A program made the position numbers and the translations under genes. Positions 10,020 through 18,004 of a DNA stretch of 32,000 bases are shown here, piece after piece (position 1 is the first letter of the stretch; each line of letters begins with the position of its first letter). The notes under the pieces are model-generated. The model had not been told where the DNA came from, ran no database searches, and was given only the letters and a program-made list of their open reading frames with translations. This DNA comes from Aliivibrio fischeri ES114 (lineage in GTDB: Bacteria; Pseudomonadota; Gammaproteobacteria; Enterobacterales; Vibrionaceae), in assembly GCF_000011805.1 (NCBI RefSeq), contig NC_006840.2. One strand, given 5' to 3'.

Positions 10020-10110
10020 GCCTTCTAAATGACGCTGATATAGACACAAAATCTACTTTGGTGTGTATTAAGATAATACAACACGCACAATAAGGTAGAG
10101 GAATAAACTA

Positions 10111-10542
10111 ATGGCATCATTACCAGACGAAAATCAAAAACGCTTTGTAGCCATCTTAAATAAAAAGATGGATTTAGGGCGTACACTCAATGTACTTGGC
10201 CATATTAGTGTCGGCTTATCTGATTTACTTGAGCAGAGTGATGCAGAGTTTGTTGATTACTATGATAAAGATAAACACCACCATCCTAATATCTCTCATT
10301 ACCCATTTATTGTTTTAAAAGCGCCAAACTCGAATAAAATCAGAACTATTCGTGAGCAAGCGTTAGAGCTTGGTATTCAATTTACGGATTTTACTCATAC
10401 GATGATTGAAGGTGGCTCTATCGTTCAACAACAGACAACCAGTGAAACGAAGGATGAAGATTTCGAATACCTTGGAATATGTTTGTTTGGGGATACTGAA
10501 ACTATTAAAGGGATCACCAAAAAATTCAGTTTATATAAATAA
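10111..10542 (+). CDS. DUF2000-like family protein
   Basis: 143 aa; KRFVAILNKKMDLGRTLNVLGHISVGL ... ALELGIQFTDFTHTMIEGG; family assigned from memory of its features. Confidence 0.7.
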   Translation: MASLPDENQKRFVAILNKKMDLGRTLNVLGHISVGLSDLLEQSDAEFVDYYDKDKHHHPNISHYPFIVLKAPNSNKIRTIREQALELGIQFTDFTHTMIEGGSIVQQQTTSETKDEDFEYLGICLFGDTETIKGITKKFSLYK

Positions 10543-10700
10543 CTATTATGTTATTTGTTCAGTTTCTATCTAGCGTTTAAAAAGTAAGAAATGGATAAAT
10601 AATTTAGTAGATGTTAAAGGATAGGGGAAACAAGTTTATTTAAGGGTTGCATTGCCAAGTTCATTATATAGAATGGATCGGACTACTAGTTTGGTAGTTC

Positions 10701-10722
10701 GGTCAGTAAAGGATTTACGACC
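10701..10722 (+). other. Hairpin in the 5' region of the tyrP-like gene
   Basis: GGTC-A-GTAAA / GGA / TTTAC-GACC: 9 bp with one bulged A and a 3-nt loop. Immediately upstream GACTAC...GTAGTTC (10681-10700) can form a weaker stem. Confidence 0.5.
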
Positions 10723-10761
10723 TATTATTATAAATGGAATGTGACTAATTAGGATGTACAC

Positions 10762-10926
10762 ATGATTTTCCAACTAACATCAGGCCCATTGTTAGAGCCT
10801 ACAGAAGGTTCACCCCATCATACTGGTTTCAAATCATCAGTTGTTCTTTCTCTGCGTTTCTTCTCGTCTCAGTTTCTCGCGTTTCACTTCTTCTCGTATT
10901 TTCGATTTCTCCGTTTTTATTCGTAA
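10762..10926 (+). CDS. Putative Phe/Tyr-rich leader peptide upstream of the TyrP-like permease: MIFQLTSGPLLEPTEGSPHHTGFKSSVVLSLRFFSSQFLAFHFFSYFRFLRFYS
   Basis: 54 codons, absent from the supplied ORF track. AGGA at 10751-10754 lies 7 nt upstream of the ATG. The codons at 10858-10923 encode 9 Phe and 2 Tyr in 22 residues. It ends 111 nt before the permease start. Confidence 0.55.
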   Translation: MIFQLTSGPLLEPTEGSPHHTGFKSSVVLSLRFFSSQFLAFHFFSYFRFLRFYS

Positions 10927-11037
10927 TTAATCAGCTCTAATTTCAACCGCGTTATCTTTGTGGGTAATTTCTTGCGCGTTGAATTTGACAAAAAATAAAA
11001 CTAAAGCTCAAACTCGAATAAAAGTAAGGGAAACATT

Positions 11038-12192
11038 GTGAATTTAAAATTAATCGGAAGCTCACTTATTATTTCAGGTACTGCGCTAGGCGCTGGTATG
11101 CTGGCAATCCCAATGGTATTGGCTCAATTTGGCCTACTTTGGGGTACTGCTCTAATGTTGTTTATCTGTCTTGGAACAACATATGCCGCTTTATTGCTGC
11201 TAGAAGCGAGTATTAATGTTGGTGGTGGTTTAGGTATGAACACCATCGCTCGTAAAAGTTTAGGTAAAAGTGGACAAATTATTACTAATGGTCTGCTTTA
11301 TGCGCTTTTAATCTGCTTATTAATGGCTTACATCTTAGGTGCTGGTGATCTATTAAATAAGCTGTTGCGTGGTATTGGTGTTGAGTTGTCACTCATTCAA
11401 AGCCAGATTGCATTTACATTGGTTGCCGGCATTATTGTTGCTTCGGGAACTGCAGTTATCGATAAATTAAACCGTGTTTTATTTGGCATTATGCTGCTGA
11501 TGCTTGTTTTAACGCTTGTATTTTTAGTTCCTGACATATCGTTTGAGAATATGACACAAGTGACGAATTCAAGTACGACCGATTTAGTTAAAACCAGTGC
11601 AATTATTTTTACCAGTTTTGGTTTTATGGTTGTTATCCCATCATTAGTGTCTTACAACCATGACGCAACACCAAAGCAACTGAGAAATATGGTTATTCTT
11701 GGTTCATTAATCCCATTAGTTTGTTACCTAGTATGGCTTTATGCTGTGGTTGGTAATTTAACGGCTGAACAACTGATTCATTTTACAAATGTCTCTGAGT
11801 TAATCTCTGTATTTAGTGCAGAACATGCATTTATTAGTGTTGTGTTATCTGGTTTTACAGGTCTTGCTTTATTAACCTCATTCTTAGGTGTAGCAATGGC
11901 GCTTTTCACTCAAAACCAAGATATGTTTAAACAGAACAAAGTAGTAACTTATGTTATTAGTTTTATTCTGCCACTGACTGGCGCTATTTATGCGGCTGAT
12001 CAATTCTTATCTGTTTTAAGCTACGCAGGGATCATCTTAGTTTTCTTAGCGGTCTTTGTACCTCTTGCAATGGTGGTAAAACTAAGAAAATCAGAGAATG
12101 CCGAGAAAACATACATTGCGGAGGGTGGGGTAGCTATGCTGACTTTCTCTTTTGCTTTTGGTGGTTTTCTTCTGATTTCACAAGTGATCTAA
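11038..12192 (+). CDS. tyrP: Aromatic amino acid (tyrosine/tryptophan) permease, HAAAP family, TyrP-like
   Basis: 384 aa; SGTALGAGMLAIPMVLAQFG ... TTYAALLLLEA ... multi-TM HAAAP pattern; GTG start with AAGGG at 11026-11030. Confidence 0.85.
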   Translation: MNLKLIGSSLIISGTALGAGMLAIPMVLAQFGLLWGTALMLFICLGTTYAALLLLEASINVGGGLGMNTIARKSLGKSGQIITNGLLYALLICLLMAYILGAGDLLNKLLRGIGVELSLIQSQIAFTLVAGIIVASGTAVIDKLNRVLFGIMLLMLVLTLVFLVPDISFENMTQVTNSSTTDLVKTSAIIFTSFGFMVVIPSLVSYNHDATPKQLRNMVILGSLIPLVCYLVWLYAVVGNLTAEQLIHFTNVSELISVFSAEHAFISVVLSGFTGLALLTSFLGVAMALFTQNQDMFKQNKVVTYVISFILPLTGAIYAADQFLSVLSYAGIILVFLAVFVPLAMVVKLRKSENAEKTYIAEGGVAMLTFSFAFGGFLLISQVI

Positions 12193-12200
12193 TGTTATAA

Positions 12201-12240
12201 GCTCTTATTTACGGTGTTGTCACATACTATGAATAAGAGC
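12201..12240. repeat. 9-bp perfect inverted repeat between the two tyrP-like genes
   Basis: GCTCTTATT (12201-12209) and AATAAGAGC (12232-12240) with a 22-nt loop; no T-run on the plus strand. Confidence 0.7.
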
Positions 12241-12303
12241 ACATCATATCGACAATCTAATTACAGTGTTGATATAAATTTGTTTCAAAAAGAATGATAT
12301 ACA

Positions 12304-13470
12304 ATGAATTTTAAATTATTTGGTAGTGCGTTAATTTTATCTGGTACAGCATTAGGCGCAGGGATGCTGGCTATCCCTATGGTATTGGCACAGTTTGGAT
12401 TGTTTTATAGCACTCTACTAATGTTGATTATCTGTGCAGGAACAACATACGCAGCTTTGCTATTAACAGAAGCATGTTCAAAAACAGAATTAGCATTTGG
12501 GATTAATACTGTAGCAAATAAGACCATTGGTAAAGGTGGTCAACTTGTTACTAATGCTCTGTTCTATCTTTTATTATTTTGCATGTTAATTGCTTATATT
12601 TTAGGGGCAGCAGATTTAATTAAACGTATATTTTCTATGATGAATGTAGAAATGAGCATTGAATTTGCTCAGGTTGCATTCACCTTGTTTGCGAGTGCTT
12701 TTGTTGTTTGTGGAACACAAATTATTGATAAGCTAAATCGACTGTTGTTTTTCTTTATGATTTCCATGTTGGTGTTGACTTTAATCATTCTAATTCCAGG
12801 TATGACAGTGGAAAATCTATCGCAAGTAACAAACCATGATAAAGGTATGCTATTTGATACCAGCACGATTTTGTTTACTAGCTTTGCCTCTATGCCAGTA
12901 ATTCCTTCGTTAGTTGCTTATAATAAGGAAGCGACAAAACAACAATTGCGAAATATGGTTATTCTAGGATCGATCATTCCATTGATCTGTTATTTAGTAT
13001 GGCTATATGCGGTTGTTGGTAACTTAACAGCAAATGAAATTACGCATTTTTCTAATATCTCTGATTTGATTCAAACATTCAGTGCGAAGAATGAATATAT
13101 TGAAATTATTCTGTCGATTTTCACATCATTAGCATTATTGACTTCTTTCCTTGGTGTGGCGATGGCTTTATATAATCAAAATAAAGATATGATTTCACAT
13201 AATAAGATTGTGACATATGTGTGCACGTTTATTTTGCCTTTATTAGGTGCTGGTTTAGCGGCTGATCAATTCTTATCTGTACTTGGTTATGCTGGTGTTA
13301 TCTTGGTTTTCTTAGCTATTTTTATTCCATTAGCAATGGTTGTAACGTTAAGAAAAAAAGAGACAGAGGAAGTGCATCAAAACCTTCATATTTATACAGC
13401 TGAAGGTGGTAAATTAGCTCTTGGTTTAACTCTTTTATTTGGTTTATTGCTATTAATTAGCCAAATTTAA
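12304..13470 (+). CDS. Aromatic amino acid permease, TyrP-like, tandem paralogue
   Basis: 388 aa, clearly homologous along its full length to 11038..12192 (shared SGTALGAGMLAIPMVLAQFGL, ATKQQLRNMVILGSIIPLICYLVWLYAVVGNLTA, LALLTSFLGVAMALYNQN, AADQFLSVLGYAGV). Confidence 0.87.
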   Translation: MNFKLFGSALILSGTALGAGMLAIPMVLAQFGLFYSTLLMLIICAGTTYAALLLTEACSKTELAFGINTVANKTIGKGGQLVTNALFYLLLFCMLIAYILGAADLIKRIFSMMNVEMSIEFAQVAFTLFASAFVVCGTQIIDKLNRLLFFFMISMLVLTLIILIPGMTVENLSQVTNHDKGMLFDTSTILFTSFASMPVIPSLVAYNKEATKQQLRNMVILGSIIPLICYLVWLYAVVGNLTANEITHFSNISDLIQTFSAKNEYIEIILSIFTSLALLTSFLGVAMALYNQNKDMISHNKIVTYVCTFILPLLGAGLAADQFLSVLGYAGVILVFLAIFIPLAMVVTLRKKETEEVHQNLHIYTAEGGKLALGLTLLFGLLLLISQI

Positions 13471-13483
13471 TAGATATTATGAT

Positions 13484-13537
13484 CTGACCTGATACAGTTA
13501 ACGTAATAGTTAAAGAATATTTACTGTAGAAGGTCAG
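13484..13537 (+). promoter_or_regulatory. Candidate RNA structure sequestering the RBS of the lipoprotein gene
   Basis: CTGACC-TGA-TACAGT (13484-13498) pairs with ACTGTA-GAA-GGTCAG (13523-13537): two 6-bp helices around a symmetric 3x3 internal loop. The 3' arm contains AAGG just before the ATG at 13542. Confidence 0.45.
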
Positions 13538-13541
13538 CATT

Positions 13542-13898
13542 ATGAAATACTTAATTATTGCATTTTCTGCTTTATTTTTAGCGGCATGCGCAACTCCTCC
13601 TCCTACTTCAATGCTCGATAGTGACTGGTCAACCTTTGGTTACGAAAGAGCCATGAAAGGACAAATAGCTCAATCAGAATCACGACTAGATAAATTACTA
13701 GACGATCAAAATTTAAAATCGAGCAATTATCAAGCCTACTTAGCTGGTTACAAAAAAGGTCAGAATGAGTATTGTTCGCAAAATGCGTATATACTTGGTG
13801 TAACTGGTGGTCCATATAACGGAATATGCGATCTTATCGATTGGACTTTCCGAGAAGACTACAACAGTGGTCGATTTTCAACTGCGAATGGGATGTGA
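13542..13898 (+). CDS. DUF2799-like lipoprotein
   Basis: 118 aa; lipobox LFLAAC; YQAYLAGYKKGQNEYCSQNAYILGVTGGPYNGICD. Confidence 0.8.
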   Translation: MKYLIIAFSALFLAACATPPPTSMLDSDWSTFGYERAMKGQIAQSESRLDKLLDDQNLKSSNYQAYLAGYKKGQNEYCSQNAYILGVTGGPYNGICDLIDWTFREDYNSGRFSTANGM

Positions 13899-13928
13899 AA
13901 ATAATCATTCGATGTAAGGAGACATTAC

Positions 13929-14288
13929 ATGAAAGCATTTATAACTGTAGTACTTAGTTCTTTGTTGTTTGCTTGTTCTACAACTGCACCAATCACTTCA
14001 ACGCAAGATAGTGATTGGAACCAGTATGGTTTTGACAGAGGCTCTAAAGGGTGGAACCTAGAGACACAGGAGCAATTAAATAATGCTTCAGATGGTCAAC
14101 AAATAAAAGTATCTAATTATCAGGCTTATACAGCAGGCTATGCTAATGGACAAATGAAGTATTGTCAGCAAGATGCTTATGAATTAGGTATGAAGGGTGA
14201 GGTTTATACTGGTGTATGCGACAGCATAAATAAAGATTTTAAGTATGATTACTTACGTGGCTATCATTCACACACTAAAGATATGTAA
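13929..14288 (+). CDS. DUF2799-like lipoprotein, tandem paralogue
   Basis: 119 aa; lipobox LLFAC; YQAYTAGYANGQMKYCQQDAYELGMKGEVYTGVCD. Confidence 0.8.
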   Translation: MKAFITVVLSSLLFACSTTAPITSTQDSDWNQYGFDRGSKGWNLETQEQLNNASDGQQIKVSNYQAYTAGYANGQMKYCQQDAYELGMKGEVYTGVCDSINKDFKYDYLRGYHSHTKDM

Positions 14289-14306
14289 ATGACTTATGGT
14301 TTTGAT

Positions 14307-14340
14307 ATAAAAAATGGCGGGAATTCCCGCCATTTTTTAT
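14307..14340. terminator. Bidirectional intrinsic terminator between convergent genes
   Basis: 34-nt perfect palindrome ATAAAAAATGGCGGGAATTCCCGCCATTTTTTAT. Confidence 0.92.
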
Positions 14341-14342
14341 AA

Positions 14343-14897
14343 CTAATCTACTTTAATAATATTAAAGCGTCCCATTTTCTTTAATATAGGAATGAACTCT
14401 TTGTTCACTTCAAGCATTACTTTTTTCGCTTTAGTATAAGCACTTAATTTGTCGTTGCCGTTACCATGCGAGAATAGGCGACTTTTCGGCTTATATTCAC
14501 CATCAACTAATTCTTTCCAACGAACAATATAGTAATCAGTGGTTCTTACTTCGCCAGAGAGTAGGGTGCGTTTTTTAGTGATAATATCAGGCTCAAGGCT
14601 GTGAGGAAGGCGTTCAAACAAACTTGGTGTATTTAATACTGCGTTCCAACAGCTACCCCATAGTTCTTTACCCACTTTGTTTCGTTGTTTCACTGCTTCT
14701 TTTAATGCTTTTTCGCGGCCCTCTTTTAAGCAGCCAACCGAGCGGTTATACATACCATCATCAGGTGTATGGATATGTATTTTTACGCAATTGAATGAAT
14801 GGGAAATAAAGCGATAATCACTTTTCATACCTTTCCATTCAGCTCTTAACTTTTGCGCTCTAGGAGATAGAGTGTGCTTTTTCTTATTCATATTCAT
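14343..14897 (-). CDS. Hypothetical protein with two possible AP2-like repeats
   Basis: 184 aa basic protein. VKIHIHTPDDGMYNRSVGCLKEGREKALKEAVKQRNKVG and YYIVRWKELVDGEYKPKSRLFSHGNGNDKLSAYTKAKKVM both look like the beta-beta-beta-helix pattern of AP2 domains. ORF is convincing; family call is inference. Confidence 0.65.
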   Translation of the reverse strand: MNMNKKKHTLSPRAQKLRAEWKGMKSDYRFISHSFNCVKIHIHTPDDGMYNRSVGCLKEGREKALKEAVKQRNKVGKELWGSCWNAVLNTPSLFERLPHSLEPDIITKKRTLLSGEVRTTDYYIVRWKELVDGEYKPKSRLFSHGNGNDKLSAYTKAKKVMLEVNKEFIPILKKMGRFNIIKVD

Positions 14898-15055
14898 TAT
14901 GTTGTGTGTTGATGCATTAATGACAATATTACATTAATTGAGCATATTGTTAATAGTGAAGTGGTGAGAAAGCGTAAAGTTTTTGTAAAAAATAGAAATA
15001 TTTAAAATAATTGTAGTTTAGATAGCTGAATTTTGTAGTATTTTTTTGTAAAGCA

Positions 15056-15083
15056 TAAAAAAAGGGACGATAAATCGTCCCTT
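15056..15083 (-). terminator. Intrinsic terminator downstream of sdaA
   Basis: Minus strand: AAGGGACGAT-TT-ATCGTCCCTT followed by a T-run. Confidence 0.85.
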
Positions 15084-15105
15084 AGTAATGGAATGTCATG
15101 CTCTA

Positions 15106-16467
15106 TTAGCAAATAACTTTAATTGCTAGGCCACCCTGAGAAGTTTCACGGTATTTAGCATTCATGTCTTTACCTGTTTCAAGCATTGTCTCAATAACTT
15201 TATCAAGAGATACACGAGGTGCTGATGCACGACGTAAAGCCATACGAGTTGCGTTGATAGCTTTAACCGCAGCAATGCCGTTACGTTCGATACAAGGAAC
15301 TTGTACTTGGCCAGCAACAGGGTCACAAGTTAAACCTAAGTTATGTTCCATTGCAATTTCTGCAGCCATACATACTTGCTCTGGGCTACCACCCATAAGC
15401 TCAGCAAGACCTGCAGCAGCCATAGAACAAGCAACACCAACTTCACCCTGACAACCAACTTCTGCACCAGAGATTGATGCATTTTGTTTGTAAAGACCAC
15501 CGATTGCACCAGAAGCTGCAAAGTAACGGATGTAATCTTTCTCAGTTACTGTTTGGATAAACTTATCGTAGTATGCTAGAACAGCAGGGATGATGCCACA
15601 TGCGCCATTAGTTGGAGCGGTAACAACACGACCACCAGCCGCATTTTCTTCGTTTACAGCAAATGCGTACATGTTAACCCAATCAACTACTTCCATAGGG
15701 TCGTGAGACGTTTTTTCAGAAGTCAGTAATTGTTGACGTAGAGCTGCAGCACGACGAGGAACACGTAGAGGTCCAGGAAGGATGCCTTCAGTATTCATGC
15801 CTTTTTCCATACAGTCACGCATGGTTTTCCAGATCTTAGCAAAATAAGTACGAACTTCATCTTCTGCAAGAATCGCGTGTTCGTTTTTCATTACTAGAGT
15901 ACTGATAGATAAGCCGTGCTCTTTACATAAATCAACAAGTTCAGAAGCATAGTTGAATGAGTAAGGAACTTGGATTGATGATTCTACTTCTTTACCAAAG
16001 TTTTCTTCATCAACAATAAAACCACCACCGATAGAGTAGTAAGTTTTAGAGTAAGCCACTTCACCGTCAATCCACGCATGGATTTGCATGCCATTTTCGT
16101 GAAGTGATAGGTTAGAAGTATGGAAATTCATTCCACCTTCTTTTGGAAATTCTACCGTGTGGCAGTGCATACCAACTGGTAAGCGCTCAGTTTCTTCAAC
16201 GCGAGCGATGAAGCCCGGAATAGAGTCAATATCTACGTGTTCTGGCGTGTTACCTGCCAGACCCATAATGATAGCGATATCAGTATGGTGACCTTTCCCT
16301 GTCAGTGATAATGAACCGTAAACATCAACAGTGATTTTAGTGATATCACGCAGTTTGCCCATGCCTCGTAAATCGTCAATAAACTCTTTACCTGCTTTCA
16401 TTGGACCAACGGTGTGGGAGCTAGAAGGACCAACTCCGATTTTGTAGATATCAAAAACACTAATCAT
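15106..16467 (-). CDS. sdaA: L-serine ammonia-lyase (serine deaminase), iron-sulfur type
   Basis: 453 aa; [26 protein letters not shown] ... [20 protein letters not shown] ... [22 protein letters not shown]. Confidence 0.96.
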   Translation of the reverse strand: MISVFDIYKIGVGPSSSHTVGPMKAGKEFIDDLRGMGKLRDITKITVDVYGSLSLTGKGHHTDIAIIMGLAGNTPEHVDIDSIPGFIARVEETERLPVGMHCHTVEFPKEGGMNFHTSNLSLHENGMQIHAWIDGEVAYSKTYYSIGGGFIVDEENFGKEVESSIQVPYSFNYASELVDLCKEHGLSISTLVMKNEHAILAEDEVRTYFAKIWKTMRDCMEKGMNTEGILPGPLRVPRRAAALRQQLLTSEKTSHDPMEVVDWVNMYAFAVNEENAAGGRVVTAPTNGACGIIPAVLAYYDKFIQTVTEKDYIRYFAASGAIGGLYKQNASISGAEVGCQGEVGVACSMAAAGLAELMGGSPEQVCMAAEIAMEHNLGLTCDPVAGQVQVPCIERNGIAAVKAINATRMALRRASAPRVSLDKVIETMLETGKDMNAKYRETSQGGLAIKVIC

Positions 16468-16482
16468 GTAATTACCTCGAAT

Positions 16483-16504
16483 AAGCCCCCAAAAGAGGGG
16501 GCTT
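16483..16504. other. GC-rich hairpin between sdaC and sdaA
   Basis: AAGCCCCC-AAAAGA-GGGGGCTT (8-bp stem). On the sdaC-sdaA strand it is followed by TTATTCGAGG, only a weak T-run. Confidence 0.7.
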
Positions 16505-16562
16505 TATTATCATTATTATTAACTTCGTTTAACTAAGTTTGTATTAGTTTACAAATTAGTTA

Positions 16563-17813
16563 TTAAAGAGCGCCGTAGATTACAGAAGTAATCGCCGCAA
16601 CACCACATAATGCTGTAAAGATTTGCACAGGTGCTGAAGTTTTGTACTTAGCCATTGCTGGAACTTTACGCATTGCGAAGATAGGCATAAGGAATAGGAT
16701 AGCTGCAATCATTGGAGCACCCATTGTTTCAATCATACCTAGGATACTTGGGTTGATGATAGAAACGATCCATGTAGTAACAACGATAAAGATTAGAGAT
16801 GCTTTTTCTAGCTTAGCAACTGGTGCTTTTGAGCGAGATTTAGCTAGGCCAACGAGACCTTCGTGAGCACCTAGGAAGTGACCGAAGTAGCTTGAAGTAA
16901 TCGCAGCGAAAGCAACGATTGGACCTAAGTAAGAGATAAGTGGAGATTCGTGTACGTTTGCTAGGTAAGAAAGTACAGAGATGTTCTGTGCTTGTGCTTG
17001 CGCTAGTTGCTCTGGAGATAGAGAAAGAACTACAGAGAAAACGAAGAACATAACGAAGCTCATTAGCATCATTGCTGCACCGCCAGTGATCATGTCAGTT
17101 TTAGCAACTGCATCTTCACCGTATACACGACGTTGTTCTTTAGAGAACTGGCTGATTACTGGGCTGTGGTTGAAAGAGAAAACGATGATAGGAATCGCTA
17201 ACCAAACAACAGAAGGCATTGAACCCCAATCTGGGTCAACAGACATCATAGATGTGTTCCAACCAGGGATTAGGTATACAGAAAGAGCCATTAAGATGAA
17301 TACAAGAGGGTAAACCATTGCTGAAGTTGCTTTCAGCATTAGTTCTTTACCAAATACTACACCACATGTCATCAGAGTGATAAGAACACCTGATAGTAAC
17401 CAACGAGGGATAGATTCCATACCCATTTGGTTAACCATGAAAGAGTCTACTGTGTTTGTAATACCAACACCGTAGATAAGTACAATCGGATAAATCGCGA
17501 AAAAGTAGGCAAAAGTGATTAGGTTCGCGCCTGTTTTACCGAAATGCTCTTCTACAGTATCAGTAATATCTGCATCTGGGTTTTTAGCTGAAAGAACGAA
17601 ACGAGCCAAACTCTTGTGAGCAAACCAAGTCATTGGTGCAGCGATTAGAGCAAGAATAACTAGAGGCCAAAAACCACCAGCACCCGCTTTGATTGGAAGG
17701 AAAAGAACACCAGCACCTACAGCGGTACCGAACAGAGAAAGACACCAAGTGAAATCTTTATAAGTCCACTTAGTTTTTTTTGCACCGATAGATGCAGTAT
17801 TTGTTGTTTGCAT
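16563..17813 (-). CDS. sdaC: Serine transporter, HAAAP family, SdaC-like
   Basis: LFGTAVGAGVLFLPIKAGAGGFWPL ... WFAHKSLARFVLSAKNPDADITDTVEEHFGKTGANLITFAYFFAIYPI closely resembles SdaC. Start chosen at MQTTNT (17813); the ORF track starts 3 codons earlier. Confidence 0.9.
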   Translation of the reverse strand: MQTTNTASIGAKKTKWTYKDFTWCLSLFGTAVGAGVLFLPIKAGAGGFWPLVILALIAAPMTWFAHKSLARFVLSAKNPDADITDTVEEHFGKTGANLITFAYFFAIYPIVLIYGVGITNTVDSFMVNQMGMESIPRWLLSGVLITLMTCGVVFGKELMLKATSAMVYPLVFILMALSVYLIPGWNTSMMSVDPDWGSMPSVVWLAIPIIVFSFNHSPVISQFSKEQRRVYGEDAVAKTDMITGGAAMMLMSFVMFFVFSVVLSLSPEQLAQAQAQNISVLSYLANVHESPLISYLGPIVAFAAITSSYFGHFLGAHEGLVGLAKSRSKAPVAKLEKASLIFIVVTTWIVSIINPSILGMIETMGAPMIAAILFLMPIFAMRKVPAMAKYKTSAPVQIFTALCGVAAITSVIYGAL

Positions 17814-17973
17814 AATTAACATACTCTTAATTTTTTGGAACAGGAATTTTAGGAACGGCGCTATTGTCGTTATTTTGACGAGAAAAACTTTGACCCAGAT
17901 CCAGAAATGAAAAAAGATGAACGAAGATCCAAAAATAATTGATAATGATCACAGTAGTTGTAACTGTAATATT

Positions 17974-18004
17974 AGAAAAACTTATCGTTAATGATAAATT
18001 TTCT
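17974..18004 (-). terminator. Probable terminator at the nudL 3' end
   Basis: Minus strand AGAAAATTTATC-ATTAAC-GATAAGTTTTTCT; AT-rich stem overlapping the stop codon. Confidence 0.4.

Noticed and set aside
10698-10722. TyrR box (TGTAAA-N6-TTTACA) upstream of tyrP
   Set aside because: GTAAA-GGA-TTTAC has the right half-sites but a 3-nt rather than 6-nt gap, so it fits an RNA hairpin better than a TyrR site.
15164-15451. Plus-strand 95-aa ORF (and 15336..15521) antisense to sdaA
   Set aside because: Overlaps conserved SdaA codons; codon-bias shadow.
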